Made by a program: the position numbers and the translations under genes. 64,000 nucleotides of DNA from Lingula anatina (taxonomy: Eukaryota; Animalia; Brachiopoda), in assembly GCA_051362555.1 (NCBI GenBank), contig CM120640.1:51872788-51936787 (forward strand), in the 5' to 3' direction. Below, piece after piece: positions 25,928-38,286 of this stretch; position 1 is the first letter of the stretch, and each line of letters begins with the position of its first letter. The notes under the pieces were generated by a model. The model worked only from the letters and a program-made list of their open reading frames with translations, searched no databases and was not told the origin of the DNA.

Positions 25928-26264
25928 AGGGATAATAACTCTTCGTATGAAATCTGTATTTCACAATAAAAACATTGTGAGTGACTCATAAAAATATACT
26001 ATATTCTGTTTTCCCACAAAAACGGCTGTTATAGCTATTATTCTGATATCTGAGCTTGTCTTTAGACCACGTGACCTCCATTGATGGCTATGCTCTGTTA
26101 AAATCTCTTAAGAGATTTTAACAAAAAACCAAACTTTTTAGAAAAAAACCAGGGACTAACTTTGAATGTAAAAATGGATTCATTAACCATTGGTAAGTAT
26201 GGGAAAATTGTTGTTTACTCCAGGAAAATTCATTTTTTGGCCGAAACGAAGAGTTATTATCACT
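25928..26264. mobile_element. Kolobok-like MITE (TTAA TSD, AG termini), 337 bp
   Basis: TTAA|AGGGATAATAACTCTTCGT ... ACGAAGAGTTATTATCACT|TTAA. The 19-bp TIR has 1 mismatch. Confidence 0.8.
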
Positions 26265-29200
26265 TTAAGGTACTGTCATTTGTATTTGACTAAGTTAAAT
26301 TATGGATTTGGCAAGCGACAATGCATTTCACCTGTTTCAATATGTGTATAGCTTAATCAGAAGATAATTTTTAGAACAGGTTTAATTTTAAAATCAAATC
26401 ACTCAGACAAGAGGACTGCACTGCCCACATATACTACATGAAACTATTTATGTACAAAGACCTTCCCCCTCTTTTTTAAAACTTGATTTTGCAATTCTCC
26501 CCCTCCCTCCACCAAATTAAAAAAATATTAATCTGGAAAGATAATTTTCACCCTTATTTGCTGGTAGTCAAACCCTGTTATACACATACTTATTTGTTGC
26601 ATTCATTTTTTCTCTCAATTAAGTCCTTTTCAATTAAAATGGACAAATTCCATCTTACCTACGCCTATACTCCCTCTGAAAACCGAGAGAAAACTAAACA
26701 GTTCTCTATACCTTAGAAGGGCATGCTTGATATTGGAAGTTAATATAAGGTCTTTTAATTTCCCCTACGAAACACAAATCGTGACAGAGCATTATTTGCC
26801 AATACGGCGAGTCCCAGACCCCCTGATCCCTTTTGCTACCATTAATGTATTTTTGCTTAATGTCTTTCCAAAGTTTTATCACAGTATGAGGAGTGACAAA
26901 CATCTCGGACCTTAATCAATAAGAAAGCCAAGCCACTGGGGCATTCACTCAGCCAATAGCAGACAGAGTGATCAATGCTCTAAGCTCAGCTGAATACAGA
27001 ACAGACTCAGGCACTCTCAGGAGACAGCTCTCCAACCAAATTACATCTGATTAGGAAAACCACTTTTTTTCTTGAAATTGCGGGCAATGAAGATCCATGT
27101 AATTCCAAGTGATCATATATCCATGTGCGGGGGATACCCACAGGAAGTCATTCTTAGTGTTTTTCTACTACTCTGCAAATAAGTGGGAATTTTTCACCCG
27201 CTCTGAGAAAGAATGTTCACTGAATGTTGCAGTGGAATATAAAAGAGGAAGAAAATGGGCCAATCAATCTGGCTTTTATTATACATATAGCATGATCAGC
27301 TCAACTCATTGTATTTTGTTAGTTTGTATGTCCTTCCAATGGAAAGAAGGGAGGGGGGCATTATTTTGATGGACCAGTTTTGGTCTAATTTGGTTATTTG
27401 TAAGAAAGGTTTCATCTTGACTTGGATAGACTGGGTATAGTGACACCAGATCTACATTCAAGTTTCAATACCTCAACTGTTTATTACTGATTGAAGCCGG
27501 TACTACACAAATGCAATTACGTTACAGGATATGGAGCTTTCTGGACATAAATTACATCACTTCTAAAATGGTCCAATATATGAACTTAAATTACATTATG
27601 CAGGCTAATTATAGTAATAAATTCATTAGACAATATCCATCTACAACAACAGTGAAATGTACATTTAAACTTTGAAAATATATCTAAATATCAGAAGAAA
27701 TTTTTGCTAAATGAGGAATATAGATGTAGCCAAATGAGTATGTTATGAAACTGCAGCTGTTGGGAATATATGAAAACCATTTAAAAAGTGTGGACTTATG
27801 GATATTTACCCTAAAATATACAGTAGTTTGCTTTGAAGTGCACAAAAATACACAAAATCCAAGATTTGTCTTATTAAGGTGATGTTATTGCATAATTTAT
27901 TACTGGTATATATTAAGGAACTATCCTGATCAAAATATTGATAACAGAACCAGAGATGCATAATACTAATTGGGGTAGATAGCAATCATATTTTGCTAGA
28001 TAAATCCATATCCACTGCAAAGAAAATCACCAAAATTGGTGTAGTTATAGAGAAAGGTTTAAAGAACAATTACTTATACCAAATTTTTGATAAGATCTTT
28101 TAAACTGATCTTAGGGACTTTTTATTTTTACAAAGGTCCAATGAAAACTGGTATAATTTTACATTTTTAGTGACAGAAATCTTTATATAGAGATTGTAAG
28201 GAAAGCAGTCGAATCCCTTTGTATTACTGGTGCATGGCTCTTTTTCCTGCTGGAATTTTTCTGATATAAGCCCAGGTAGTTGAGTGAATCAAGAAACCAA
28301 GACCACTGATATGACATCAGCAAAAAAAACCATAATTTTTCTGAAGGCAAATTAAGTACCTGAACATAACACGATAATACTATAGCAATCAGAAATATAT
28401 AAAAGGGTTTACGTCATTAAAAGTAAGGCATAGGCCATGTATCTACAAGTTAATGACATATTCAAATAGGCCTGCTAAAATTAAGTGGTGGCTTTACATG
28501 CAAAGCAAAGTGCACAAATCTCCCTCTTAAACCTTTATTTGTTCAAAATTAAATTGACTTATTTGTCAAAATTTCAGGACCATTCATGTTCTGCATGAAG
28601 TATGTTTAATGGAGCTTTTATAGGAAGATTAAAATAATGCTACACATTGCCCGTGAAGACAAAGCACGGTAGATACAAACTGGTCAAATAAAAGTGCAGA
28701 ATGTAGAGATGGGCAGCTAAAGCAACAACCCATGTAGACAAAGTAAAATGTGAATTAAAACTCTGAACATGATCTGTGTATCAGTCCTGTCAGTGACCTT
28801 TGCAAAGCTGTAGTAAAACACTGACTATATGCTTGAATGTGGGTTTAGAGACGTGCGATGGCTATGTGAAAAATAAAACCTAAGGGTTCTACACCTTTTA
28901 TTAAAGGTCAGTAAACAGTGTACAGTCAGGTTTCACTGGGTGTAGGTAGGAACTACTTCCTCTTCATGCCACTGGATTGACAATAATGGCTGCAGGTGTT
29001 ATTGCAAAGTTGTTAATCAACTGACATTTCTGAATAACGGAAATGCTGAAAAGCATTACAAATGTGAAAGAATAGGTATAATTTTGGCTTTAACTAATAT
29101 GAAATATTTATTCTTATGTGTTTTGGACCAATAACAAATGTGAATTATTTTATGCTTACTAAACATCAGATCTGAACGACATAATGGGGCTGATACCCCA

Positions 29201-32200
29201 TGCTTTGCATATGTTTGATATCTGGATTTAAAACCAGATTCAAACCAGACTAAACAAAATACTGATACTCAAAGAATGAAATCAGTCATTCAGGATAAAC
29301 AAAAAAATGCTTAGTGAGTGTAGTGAATGACCAATATTAAAAAAAATCCCTGTCCTTCTGAATACTGTAATTTGTAAATGATGCTACATCTGATTAAGCT
29401 GGTAGCTGAGTATAAATACTGACTGAAATGTGCCAGTTGTTTATAACACAGCGATCAGCAATGTGTTTGCTGCACTGAGCACATTCAGTCACAATCATGC
29501 CTAGCTATTTTCTATCCAGCATTTCTATTGAAAGTGCCATACTGCACTTTTAATATTTGTAGAATAACAATTCTAGCACATTCCTTGTAACTCACCACCT
29601 TAAAGTGCATGAAAGAAAAAATGATTGACCAAGTGTAATTATTTTTTTGGACAATATCAATAGTACAACAGAAATGAATTCAACAATCTAAAATGCAAGA
29701 ATTAGTGAAAGGTAAACAAAGGAATATAAGAAGTAAATTAAATATCATTATAGACAGTTTGCAGTAATGGGCAACACATGCAACTGTATGTCTACACATT
29801 GTGTATGGATATGGGTGATTATTTCATAAGTAAAAAAAAAAAATAATAATAATAAGGACAAATTAACACATACACACACAAACACACACTATAGTAACTG
29901 CTAGAATCATCATTATTAATATTATGTTAAAAAAAAACAAACATTCTAGCTGCCTCTTTCCACTGAAGCATGCAGTGAATGCTCCCTGGATGAAGTAGGG
30001 TTTGTTCAGATTGATATGTAAATAACACAAAGTGGATAATGTGTTAAGTGACTACTTTAATGCACTCTTGTGAAACTGATGCTGCCGTTATATCTGGATC
30101 AAAGACAGTTTTATCTAACAAGTTCAAGTAAGTTAAAAGGGTCAAACAGTATATACTAACTGATTACTTTGCAATGTATGGTTAAAATAAGGTCTAGGAA
30201 ATGTGCTTCTTCACACAATTACTGCAAACAGCTGTATGTAAACCTACTTGGAAGATATCACAGTTGGAAAAGAACTGTCTTTAAATAAATGTTTTGCATA
30301 TTTAAGAGGACCACAAATCAAATTTTTTGTAATAGTTATTCATAAGGTAAATAAAACGATAAATGGTAAATTCAAAACTGGTTTCGCCACTTCTGTATCT
30401 CCCCCGCCACACATACATGCATATGTAAATGATTTCTGTTTTCAAGATGTGCATGAAGCAGAATATACCACAATTTCACCGACAGAAAAGAATGTTTTCT
30501 TACTGTGAGGTGAGGTGACCTTTAGTGCATTCCTACAGAATTGCGCCAAAAGACCTTATGAAAGATCATCTTCAAGTTTAGAGACAATAAATCGTAAGCA
30601 CTACATGCCCCTATATGAGAGATGTTAATTCAAATCATAATTTGAGATTTGAAATTGTTAATAAGGATGCTTGTAAGGGGTAATAAAGAAAAAGAGAACA
30701 CATCCCTTGTCATATTTTTAATATCAAAAACACAAAAATGCTAGCAATGTTGCTATTAGATATGTTACAAAATTGTGCAAATGCTGGCACATTTATGCAC
30801 TGCTTAATCATAAATGGCAAAACTTTCTATCTTTGAACATCAATATAGAAAAAAAATGGTTGAGTACATTTAATGGGGTAAAATGTTCAGGATAGCCTGA
30901 GTAACTGTAACTATTTAATGGAACTTGATAGCTTCAACAAATACAACATACAAAGTTGTATTGATTAAGACTGGCTAACACTCTCTCTAAAGGTTAATCT
31001 GCACGCACCACTGTAAAAGACACAGAGTGTTACAGCAGGTTTTTTGTTCTTGTCATAAAACCAGACCTAATTTGACCATTTGCAAATGGCAGGTTCACCT
31101 TTTTTAAAAGAAAAAGCACAAGACGTGTCTTAATGGAACAGAGTTTTCAAAAATAAACCTCTGTTAGGTAAAACCATTAATTTCTCTCTACATCATTGAC
31201 GGAAGTATTAATTGCTAATGCACGTCTGGCATTCGAGTAAAGAGGATGGCTGTTCCAACTGGCCAACTTTACATCTTCAAGAAAATTCCAAATTATTTGA
31301 CTAACTGATTTTTTTCAGTAAAAAAGAAAGGGATTTTTTTTCAACTAGGGGCAAAGCAAAAGACACTTCAGTAATATGACTTCTTCATTTAAAAAAATGC
31401 CAAATTTAAATAGAGATCAGACAAACTCTCAACAGGTCAGACTGCCACTGTGATTGACCTCATATCTGCCCAGAAGGGATAAAAAGGTATTAGTTGGCTA
31501 ATCAGATATCTCATATTAGAAATAATTGCCCCTGGTCAATGGCATATGGAATCTCAACTGACCAACCAGACCCGTAGATAGCAATGAAGATTGGTCTCAC
31601 AAAATAAAAATAACAGAAGCAAGATAAGAAACTATATATATTTGTGCCTGTTGCTATGGTTAAATACAACCAGTTCTCAATTCTATATGCAAAGGTGGGT
31701 TGCAGTATTCTTCATATCAAAATTCACTAAGTGAGGAAAGGCCACTGTAGTAAACTGCTTACTTATTTATGCAAGTAGAAAGAAAAAGAACAAGGGAGTT
31801 TATGTTGCAAAGGGAAGGAGGATACAGAAGATTTAATATTATTTCAGCATGATTTGTTTGATATTCCTTGAATCTGTTTCTGTAAGACATATATCCTGAC
31901 AAATACCAGTCTCACCAATATCAACTGTTACCAGACAAGTAACTTTTACAGTTGCTGTTGACATTTCAACTGCATTGGTATTACAATCTAGCAAGCAAAG
32001 TGCATCATTTAATAATTACAGACCAGCATGAGTTGATTGTGTATGCAAAGGTAAGCCAATCTTTATGGAGGGCATCTCCATCATCACCATCATAATTCTC
32101 TTAACTTGGGGTTCATTAACCTTTTTTTAACAAAAATTTATGAAGATGACTCTCCACACAGACATCTCATCTTTTAACAACAATGTCTAGGAGATCAGAA

Positions 32201-34961
32201 TTTATATCTTCAGTACAGAAGTGCACAAGGTGACAGGTTTCCTCTTTTTTCCTGATAATTCTTAAAAGAAACAAAAATAACATTTTGGGATAATTTCAAT
32301 TAATAAAAAATATGTTTTAATTATTTCCCATAATATATTTACCTTAACCCATAACACATACATCATCTTTAGACACACAGGACTTTTTCCCTTCACCCAA
32401 ATAGAAAAAAAAAGGATTCAGTTCTTAAGGCTCATAATATAACACTACACAATATACACTAAAAGAGAGAACTTCTCCATTAATCTATGCTTGGTCCATG
32501 CAGATCCTCATGAAGCAAGGATATAAATACAAGAAATTAACTTGAACAGAAAAAATTCATCAAAAGCAAATATTTCAACTCTGAAATATCATATGAAGCA
32601 AACAATCCATTTCTTTTTAAAGACAAATTTAAAACCACTGCATACATTCCCATGTTATTTTCAGATTACAGATAGCATATATCCAATCAGTCTTATCACA
32701 AAGCAATTAACATATCTTAATTCTTCTGCCTTCTGTCATGATCTTCTTAATATTGATTCCAAGATACATGTAAATAGTTGACGAGTTTGAATACACTTGA
32801 TGAGTTTTAATCATAAGGAAATACCTGAACTCTCACTTTAAGCTTCACAAATGGTAAAACGACTGTTCCTACAACGTATGTATCTATTTGCTTGAATGTT
32901 GATTTTACTATTAGAACAAATGTGAGTCACTTGTTGTCAGCAGTAACTTTTACCAGAAAGAGTTAAAACTTAACACCAACTATATAGCTAAAAAAAAAAA
33001 AAAAGACAAAAAGCCCTTAGTGTGCATTGCCAGAAGGTTGAATAAAGTTCAGGTGAAATGTGATAAAGGCACACTTGGGCAGACCACATGTGTCTTCCAC
33101 ATATTCAGAAGTAACATATCAAGAGCACAATGTGTCTAGTCCTGTGGTCTACAGGCCACACCAACCAGCACATGAACTTATATACACCTGTAACTTGAGA
33201 TTGACAGCAACCACTGTTATTAGTCTCTCCTGAACCACTCCATACAGATTAAGTGACTTAGTTTGTCATCGATTCACCTATGGGCTACAGCCTTATATTC
33301 ATTATTTATAAGTGGTGCAGACAAGATGTCCAAAATTTTTTATATACAGATAAGTACGTAAAAAAGAGGAAGAATTAAAAATTTTTTTTTTTCATATGGT
33401 GATACATGAGAGAACCAACTAATGCTGATATCTATGCAATTATGTGCATAACATTGAACTTGGAGAGCTAAGTTTACCATCTGATGATTTTTTCCCAATT
33501 TGAGATAAAACAATGCTTTGTAATCGTATTCCATTAGTTTCCCAGAGGAAAACAAGTTGCTGGGTTAGAAAGTCCAATCACTGAGTAGACACTATTCCAA
33601 GAGTCTGACTTCAACTTAATTGCCCTTGCCAGCAGAGGGGGAAGCTCTAATGTGCGATTGGTTAAATCAACACATAATTTTATGCTTATTTTCACTTGCA
33701 TTGTAACTAACTTGCCATTGATTTAACAATGGGTGTATTAGGGCTGATGTGCATCCAGTGATTGTTGTTGCTTATACTGATCATTCCACTATATCCATTT
33801 ATGTGTACTGGAGAGTCGGTGATCCCATAACAGAAAACAATATTTTCAAAGAGAATTAGGCATTCCCATATCAGTTCAAAAGATCTCAAGTTGAATATAG
33901 ACAATGTGTGAAGTGACCCCATTAGGTGCCAAGATGTTATTTTTTGTCCTTTTTAGTACACAGTTATTGATGGTGGGGACAAAATATCTTTCAAGTTTGA
34001 TCTTATAATAGAATTTATTTTTAAAAGAGCAATAGGTGCTAAAAAGGAGTGACCTCATTTTGAAGCCATATACATTATTTACATGTTTGGCATTTTTTAG
34101 GTACAAGAAAATTGGTAATCTACTGAAAACATCCTCCCAGTATTGATAATCATTAATAATAAAACTAGCTGAAAAATACATGATAGATGCATTCAGTCTC
34201 TTAATCAGACATCAGATAATTACCAAATATACACATCAATATACAACATTGATCAAATGGTGCTGATGTAAGCACACTGTCACAGGAAACATGGGATCTA
34301 CAAGATTTGCCAACCCTGACAGTCAGTTGGCAGAAATTCAATAGACTAGTTGTTAACGTATGCTTCTTCAATGACTATTTGCAGTGTGGCAAACTGCAGG
34401 TAGATGGCACTAGTATCAAGTCAGCTAGCTGAATGGACATACATAAGGCGGTAGGTAGGGAGGAGCTTCAGTGAGTTCAGATGAGAAAAAACTTTTCAAA
34501 AGCTAGCTGGTAAAATTATTCTAAATGTTTGTTTGTGTAACTGTGTAATTGTAACCTTGTCAGAAAGGGCATGAACCCACCACACTTTATTGGATTAGGA
34601 AGGTATTTATACATCTGTGAGGGAGCATGGAAATAGAATGCCCAGCTCATTCAAATGGATTATTTGCCTTTGGATACAAGTCCAGCATGGGGAAAGAAAA
34701 TCCAAGATAACAAAGTATGTTTATTGGTGTTAAGTGGTCGGCACCAAAGTTAAGTTAAAAACATTAACTGAGTTAACCTCACTGTGCCAGGAACAAAGTG
34801 GAAGTTCAAACAGTTCTAAGATGAAGGAAGAAGGCAGTGTAGAAGATATTGGTCATCAGACGTAAGCCCATTTCATACAATTAAAAAATAACAGCTGACA
34901 CAGGAGACTTAAGATAGGACGAGTCAGTTGCAATCATTTCAGATTCTCACCACCAGTCAAC

Positions 34962-36014
34962 ATGAATAACTCAACCACCCCTGGAATAGATGTGAACACA
35001 ACAGATCAAGACTCTGCCTCAGTGTTTGCTAAGTTCATGACAGCAGGGGTAGTGATAGGATTTGTTGGATTTGTGGAAAATTTAATATCACTGATAGCAC
35101 TTTTGAATATGAGAAGACCCTTTGAAGCGTTTCACCTTCTGCTCATCAATTTGGCAGTCTCAGACCTGGTGGTAGTGGGTCTAGCTGCTGTGGGATCTCT
35201 TATAATGCTGGTCAACTTCAATTTGGACCAGTGTGATTCTATGGTGTTTGTGGCCCGTGTCATCATGGAGATGTCGTACATTGCCCTCCTCACACCTGTA
35301 TTAGCAACCTCTGCTCTAGTTGTCAACCAGTATCTTGCCATTACCAAACCACTGCGCTACCAGACAATTGCCACACAGCGCAGAATAGCTGGCTCTATCA
35401 TAGCTCTGTGGGTGGCCACAGCACTGATTGGGGTAATTCTGCACATAGCAGGCTACCCAAAGTTGTTTGAAGATCCAGGATGCAATATTTATGGTGAAAA
35501 TTCTAACTACTTAGTCATCCGATCGGCTACATTCACAGTCCTCCTGATTCTCATCACAGCATTAGTTGTTATCGTTTACATTCAAATGTTTTATGCTATC
35601 AAACAACGTGTCCTGACTTCAGCAGTCCACCAACAAGAGCGTAGCCACCATGCTGATCACAAACTTAACATCACCATTGCTATCTTGTTTGGAACAGTGC
35701 TCCTATTCTGGATTCCTGGTATTGCTGATAGCATTTTGGTCATTTTCATGATGGCCGGGACCCACTTCACCATGGAATTTGTCATCTTTCACCAAGTGAC
35801 CAATCTACTCTTTCTAGCCAATGCTTTGATCGACCCTTTCATCTATGGGATAAGACTACAAGAGGTGCGTGCTGGCTACCAGAAACTATTCAGACATTTG
35901 TCAAAGTTGCCTTGTTCAGAAGAAGATGCATTTTTCAAGGAAAAGAACAGGAAAGTTTCCTACACACAGTGCCATACTACTACTACAGAGGATGTTAAAA
36001 CTTCTAACATTTAA
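34962..36014 (+). CDS. Intronless rhodopsin-family (class A) GPCR, melanocortin/MECA-like orphan, 350 aa; paralog of 13294-14490
   Basis: Uninterrupted 7TM ORF with N-terminal sequons NNS/NST/NTT. Motifs: TM1 GFVEN, TM2 NLAVSD, TM3 VVNQYLAITKPLRY, TM5 YIQMF, TM6 FWIP, TM7 NALIDPFIY. Long identical blocks shared with the other GPCR (LLINLAV, LATSALVVNQY, PGIAD, IFHQ). Confidence 0.95.
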   Translation: MNNSTTPGIDVNTTDQDSASVFAKFMTAGVVIGFVGFVENLISLIALLNMRRPFEAFHLLLINLAVSDLVVVGLAAVGSLIMLVNFNLDQCDSMVFVARVIMEMSYIALLTPVLATSALVVNQYLAITKPLRYQTIATQRRIAGSIIALWVATALIGVILHIAGYPKLFEDPGCNIYGENSNYLVIRSATFTVLLILITALVVIVYIQMFYAIKQRVLTSAVHQQERSHHADHKLNITIAILFGTVLLFWIPGIADSILVIFMMAGTHFTMEFVIFHQVTNLLFLANALIDPFIYGIRLQEVRAGYQKLFRHLSKLPCSEEDAFFKEKNRKVSYTQCHTTTTEDVKTSNI

Positions 36015-36798
36015 CAAGGCAATGGAACTTGATAAATCCTAAAAAAAAAAATAAAAATAACAATGAACAATAATAGTGAAAATTGCACTTGACCTGAACT
36101 CCATGTCACCTGAGTGTATCACCAAGAGTATGTGTAAAAAGTTCATAAAAGAGAAGCAATCAAGGTGATTATTGAAAGGATGTAATGTAAGTACTTGTAT
36201 GCCTGTGTGATACAATAGCTGAACAGCAGATAAGACTGATATCAATATCATTGCATACTTCAGAAATTTTAAACAGTTTGCTGTGCTTTACAGTCCTTTG
36301 TGGAATTTTATATTAGTAGTAGGATGCCTATATTAACTCTCATTTATTCACAGGTGTAGACAGGAGACAGGTGTTTTGATGACTTATAAATAAAATGGCT
36401 TGTTTTCACTGGATAAAGCATGCAAGGCATGACAGTTTGCTACATAGAACTTTGAGGTTTGTGGCCATTACAAGCATTTTTGGGTAATTTACCGATTTGA
36501 TTGGGGAATCTTTTATATCACATTGTCAGGTTTTCTTGATTAGATGTTATTATATAATAAGAATTCAACTATTTCACAAATAAAATTTTCAATTTGGTTG
36601 ATGAGCCCTTGTTATAAAATTGTATAACAACTGTATTATAATGAAAATTAATGTCTTGGTCAGACTAACAGTTGATGATGGAAATAATGTATTTGAGATA
36701 AAAATATATCAGCAGTTAAACTACTGATATCACATTAGTTCTTAAAATGTTTCAGAAGAGAAAATGCCTTAAAGCTTTATATGAATTTAGTAGAAATT

Positions 36799-36831
<33 letters not shown>

Positions 36832-38286
36832 CAGGTTTAGTTTGTCAACTACATATTATTCAGTGCATTACAGCAAAGCTCACTGAAAGTTACTGGGGCA
36901 TATCATTTTCTTTTATCATAAAAAGAAGCTGCTTACTATGGCAACTTCCGAATATATTAGTAAAAATATTGATGTCCTCATCACCAGACAAAAAAGCAGT
37001 GAAAGTAACTGTAGCAACTTTCAAATACACTAGAGATGATATTCACACCCACTTCACTGCACAGCTTTCCAATAAAGGTGTACTGTAAAGAACTCCAAGC
37101 ACAGAAAACAAAATATATGGCAAGCCATGCCTAAACACGACATGACATTTTCTAAAATCTCTCTGCAGAACTGTGCACCTGAGGCATCTGTATCTACTGT
37201 CAATCACACACAACATGACATCCAACAATTAGTTGACCAATTTTTAAGGACCAGTGGCACATAACATTCTTACACGGTTTCTGTGTCAATCAAGGTGAGA
37301 GGATAAATATGATCTACAGGACACGCACTCTACAAATCAGAACCTCAAAACTGCTTTAATTTGGACTAATGGAGCACATTTTGTGGTATTCTTTGCAGAT
37401 ACATTACCAGTCAATCATGGCTAATATTTGGGGTTGTCTAGATTCTTCCAAGAATTATAACGTGCATTGCATGATGTTTCTATAGCCTGACAGCTGATAC
37501 TTTAGTCGGGATATAAGCTATCCTGTCACTTTTTCTTAGTGTTGCGGTTTTTATTAAAGATGTGACACCATATGACCAGACAGCATCTTCAATTCAGAGA
37601 ATTAAGGAATCATCGGACATTCACATTGACTGTGAAATGAAACTTTATAAGGCTATGAAATTTAATAGAGCAAACTATTTATTAGGGACTGATCGACGTA
37701 GTTATATATATCATACAATACTTTTTCTAAAGCCCCATTCTTTTTCTTCACAGGCTATTTAGTCTTCAAACTGGTCAACAAAGTTAGGTCAACACCCTTA
37801 CAACTGTGTCATCCCTGGCCAAACAGTATAGTAATATCATCTAGTTTCATTCTGTACCTGTAAACATATACTTCAAAGCACTTCACCTTGCCATTGTTGC
37901 AGGCTATGTGGTTAACTGTGGAACACACAAAAGACAACTATCTATCGGAGCTCATCATGGCATGCATAAAAATATAAATATTCAAGTAAAAAAAAAAAAA
38001 CATTTTCTTTCAGTTTGCTGAGAAATGCTGTAAAAATCCACAAGTTTATAACTCTTGTTTTGTCTTCGGCACACTAGCAATATACAAACTTTAAGCAGGC
38101 TAAAGATTTGAACAGCAGGTCAGTTATGTGCTGAACAAAAGTGTTCAATTAGCTAAGTGGCAACAGGGCTATTGATTTCACCCTGTATGCAGTAGCTAGT
38201 GGTCAGAAGTACACTTGGTTACAAGGCCCAAAAATAGCCCCTGTGGGCAAAGGCCTCAGTTATAGCAATGGCACTACCACTTGTAT

